Assembly (NCBI GenBank): GCA_964460855.1
Contig: CAYWQH010000004.1
Location: 1 to 37,014 of the forward strand
Direction of reading: 5' to 3'
DNA: 37,014 nt
Source: an uncultured Candidatus Saccharibacteria bacterium
GTDB taxonomy: Bacteria > Patescibacteriota > Saccharimonadia > Saccharimonadales > UBA10212
The notes beneath the pieces were generated by a model, which saw nothing but the letters and a program-made list of their open reading frames with translations, had not been told where the DNA came from and did no database searches. This document shows, piece by piece, positions 35,460 through 37,014 of the stretch. A program made the translations under genes and the position numbers. How positions within the stretch are numbered: the stretch's first letter is position 1; the number at the start of each line of letters is the position of its first letter.

Positions 35460-36176
35460 ATGAAGCTGCACCGGTTTTATGTTGGCGGCCTGCACGATAA
35501 GCGGGGGGCATTGCGCCTGGAGCACCACGTTTGGGTGCACGACAAAGAACTGCTTAACCAATGGCTAAAAGTTTTAAGGCTGCGCATCGGCGACCAAATC
35601 GTATTATTTACCGGCCCCGAAGACGAGAGGCTTTATAAAGTCGGGTTAATCGAACCGGCTACTGTCGGGCTGGATCTGGTAACCCAGCTGGAGCCGCAGC
35701 GGCCAAAACGCGAAATATATTTATTCTGGTCGCTATTAAAAAAAGACAACAACGACCATATTTTACAAAAAGCAACCGAGCTGGGAGCCAGCCATTTTAT
35801 ACCTTTGCTGGCCGAGCGAACGGCAAAAACTGGTTTTGACAGTATGCGCGCCACCCGAATTGTAATCGAAGCCGCCGAACAGTGCGGCCGTTCAGATATC
35901 CCGGCCGTGCGCGATCCGATAACCCCGCAAACCGCCGTTCAAGAATATTCCGATAAAATAAATTTGGTTGTATGCGACCAAAACACCGAAGATAAAAATA
36001 TTCCAAATGGTATGGCCAATAAACCGCTGGGCCTGCTGATCGGCCCGGAAGGCGGCTGGAGCGAAGACGAGAAAGAATTATTCCAAAAGCACGGCTTGCC
36101 CCATATAAATATCGGCCAGTTTACGCTGCGGGCCGAAACGGCAGCCGTAACGGCCATTAGCCAACTGATACAATAA
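35460..36176 (+). CDS. rsmE: 16S rRNA m3U1498 methyltransferase RsmE
   Basis: KVLRL, LQKATELG, EAAEQCGR, IGPEGGWS, LRAETAA. Confidence 0.95.
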   Translation: MKLHRFYVGGLHDKRGALRLEHHVWVHDKELLNQWLKVLRLRIGDQIVLFTGPEDERLYKVGLIEPATVGLDLVTQLEPQRPKREIYLFWSLLKKDNNDHILQKATELGASHFIPLLAERTAKTGFDSMRATRIVIEAAEQCGRSDIPAVRDPITPQTAVQEYSDKINLVVCDQNTEDKNIPNGMANKPLGLLIGPEGGWSEDEKELFQKHGLPHINIGQFTLRAETAAVTAISQLIQ

Positions 36177-36180
36177 AGCC

Positions 36181-36999
36181 ATGTCAGACTATTGGCGGGA
36201 GCGCAGCCAACCTTACAAACCGGGGCAAACAACGGCCTTTAAACTAAGCCGCAGCAAAATAGAATTATTCACCCAGTGCCCGCGCTGCTTTTGGCTGGAC
36301 ATCCGCCTCAAGATAAAGCGGCCGGACGGCCCGCCATTCCAAATTAACAAGGCGGTTGATGAATTATTAAAGAAAGAATTCGACGGCTACCGCGCCCAGG
36401 GCCAACCCCACCCCCTAATGGTTGACCACCAAATAGAGGCCTTGCCTTATAACCACGCCGAACTGGAAAAATGGCGCCATAATTTTACCGGTGTTGCTAC
36501 TTTGCACGAACCAACGAATTTACATTTGTTCGGCGCCGTAGATGATATTTGGGTTAACGATGCCGGCCAATTGCACGTCGTTGACTACAAAGCCACGGCT
36601 AAAAACAATGAAGTCAGTTTGGACGCCGATTGGCAGATAATGTATAAGCGGCAAGTTGAAGTTTACCAGTGGCTGCTGCGCCAAAACGGTTTTGACGTCA
36701 GCGACACGGCTTACTTTGTTTACACCAATGGGCGGCTGGACCTGGACGGCTTCTATGACAGGGTAGAATTCCGCACAAAAGTTATAGCTTACGAAGGTGA
36801 TTGCAGCTGGGTAGAACCTACTGTATTAGATATGAAAGCCTGCATGGACGGCGACATGCCCAAAACCGGCACGGCGGCCATGGGCGGCCCCTGCGAATAT
36901 TGCTCCTATGCCGAAGCCCGCACCCGCCTGACGCTTAGCGAACCTAAAACCTACGAGCTGTTGCATGCCCGCCAAAAGAAAGCCAAGCCGGCAATTTGA
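36181..36999 (+). CDS. PD-(D/E)XK nuclease family protein (RecB/AddB/Cas4-like fold)
   Basis: LSRSKI...CPRCFW, GAVDD...VVDYKAT, QVEVYQWLL, CEYC. Confidence 0.85.
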   Translation: MSDYWRERSQPYKPGQTTAFKLSRSKIELFTQCPRCFWLDIRLKIKRPDGPPFQINKAVDELLKKEFDGYRAQGQPHPLMVDHQIEALPYNHAELEKWRHNFTGVATLHEPTNLHLFGAVDDIWVNDAGQLHVVDYKATAKNNEVSLDADWQIMYKRQVEVYQWLLRQNGFDVSDTAYFVYTNGRLDLDGFYDRVEFRTKVIAYEGDCSWVEPTVLDMKACMDGDMPKTGTAAMGGPCEYCSYAEARTRLTLSEPKTYELLHARQKKAKPAI

Positions 37000-37014
37000 G
37001 GTTATAATAAATGC

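Noticed and set aside
36181-36999. Cas4 / CRISPR system
   Set aside because: No repeat-spacer array or other cas genes in the window, and the Cys pattern differs from Cas4.

Overview
Gene-dense bacterial chromosomal segment of about 50% GC. Gene content and style suggest a Patescibacteria (CPR) genome, probably Saccharimonadia; this is inference from the reduced rpsB-tsf-frr-uppS-rseP-proS block without pyrH/cdsA/dxr, a class I LysRS, a short ProRS and many apparently leaderless genes. Housekeeping genes include parA/parB, lepB, an LCP protein, htrA, prmC/prfA/rpmE2, greA, mpg, an ABC-F protein, msrA, rlmD-like and rsmE. The main unusual features are five. (1) A heliorhodopsin homologue whose Schiff-base lysine is replaced by Leu, lying between a TspO gene and an unannotated 26-aa transmembrane micro-ORF. 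(2) A two-component system with TCTCAG-N5-TCTCAG-type boxes before its own gene, a MacB-type ABC transporter and an FMN-binding protein/ApbE flavinylation pair. (3) A ~170-bp palindromic element resembling Rickettsia RPE-1, with a nested hairpin insertion. (4) A high-GC, internally duplicated secreted-protein gene inserted between rpmE2 and rpsB. (5) Heptamer tandem repeats inside prmC. No rRNA, tRNA, CRISPR array or transposase was seen. Family assignments come from motif recognition and recall, not from database searches.
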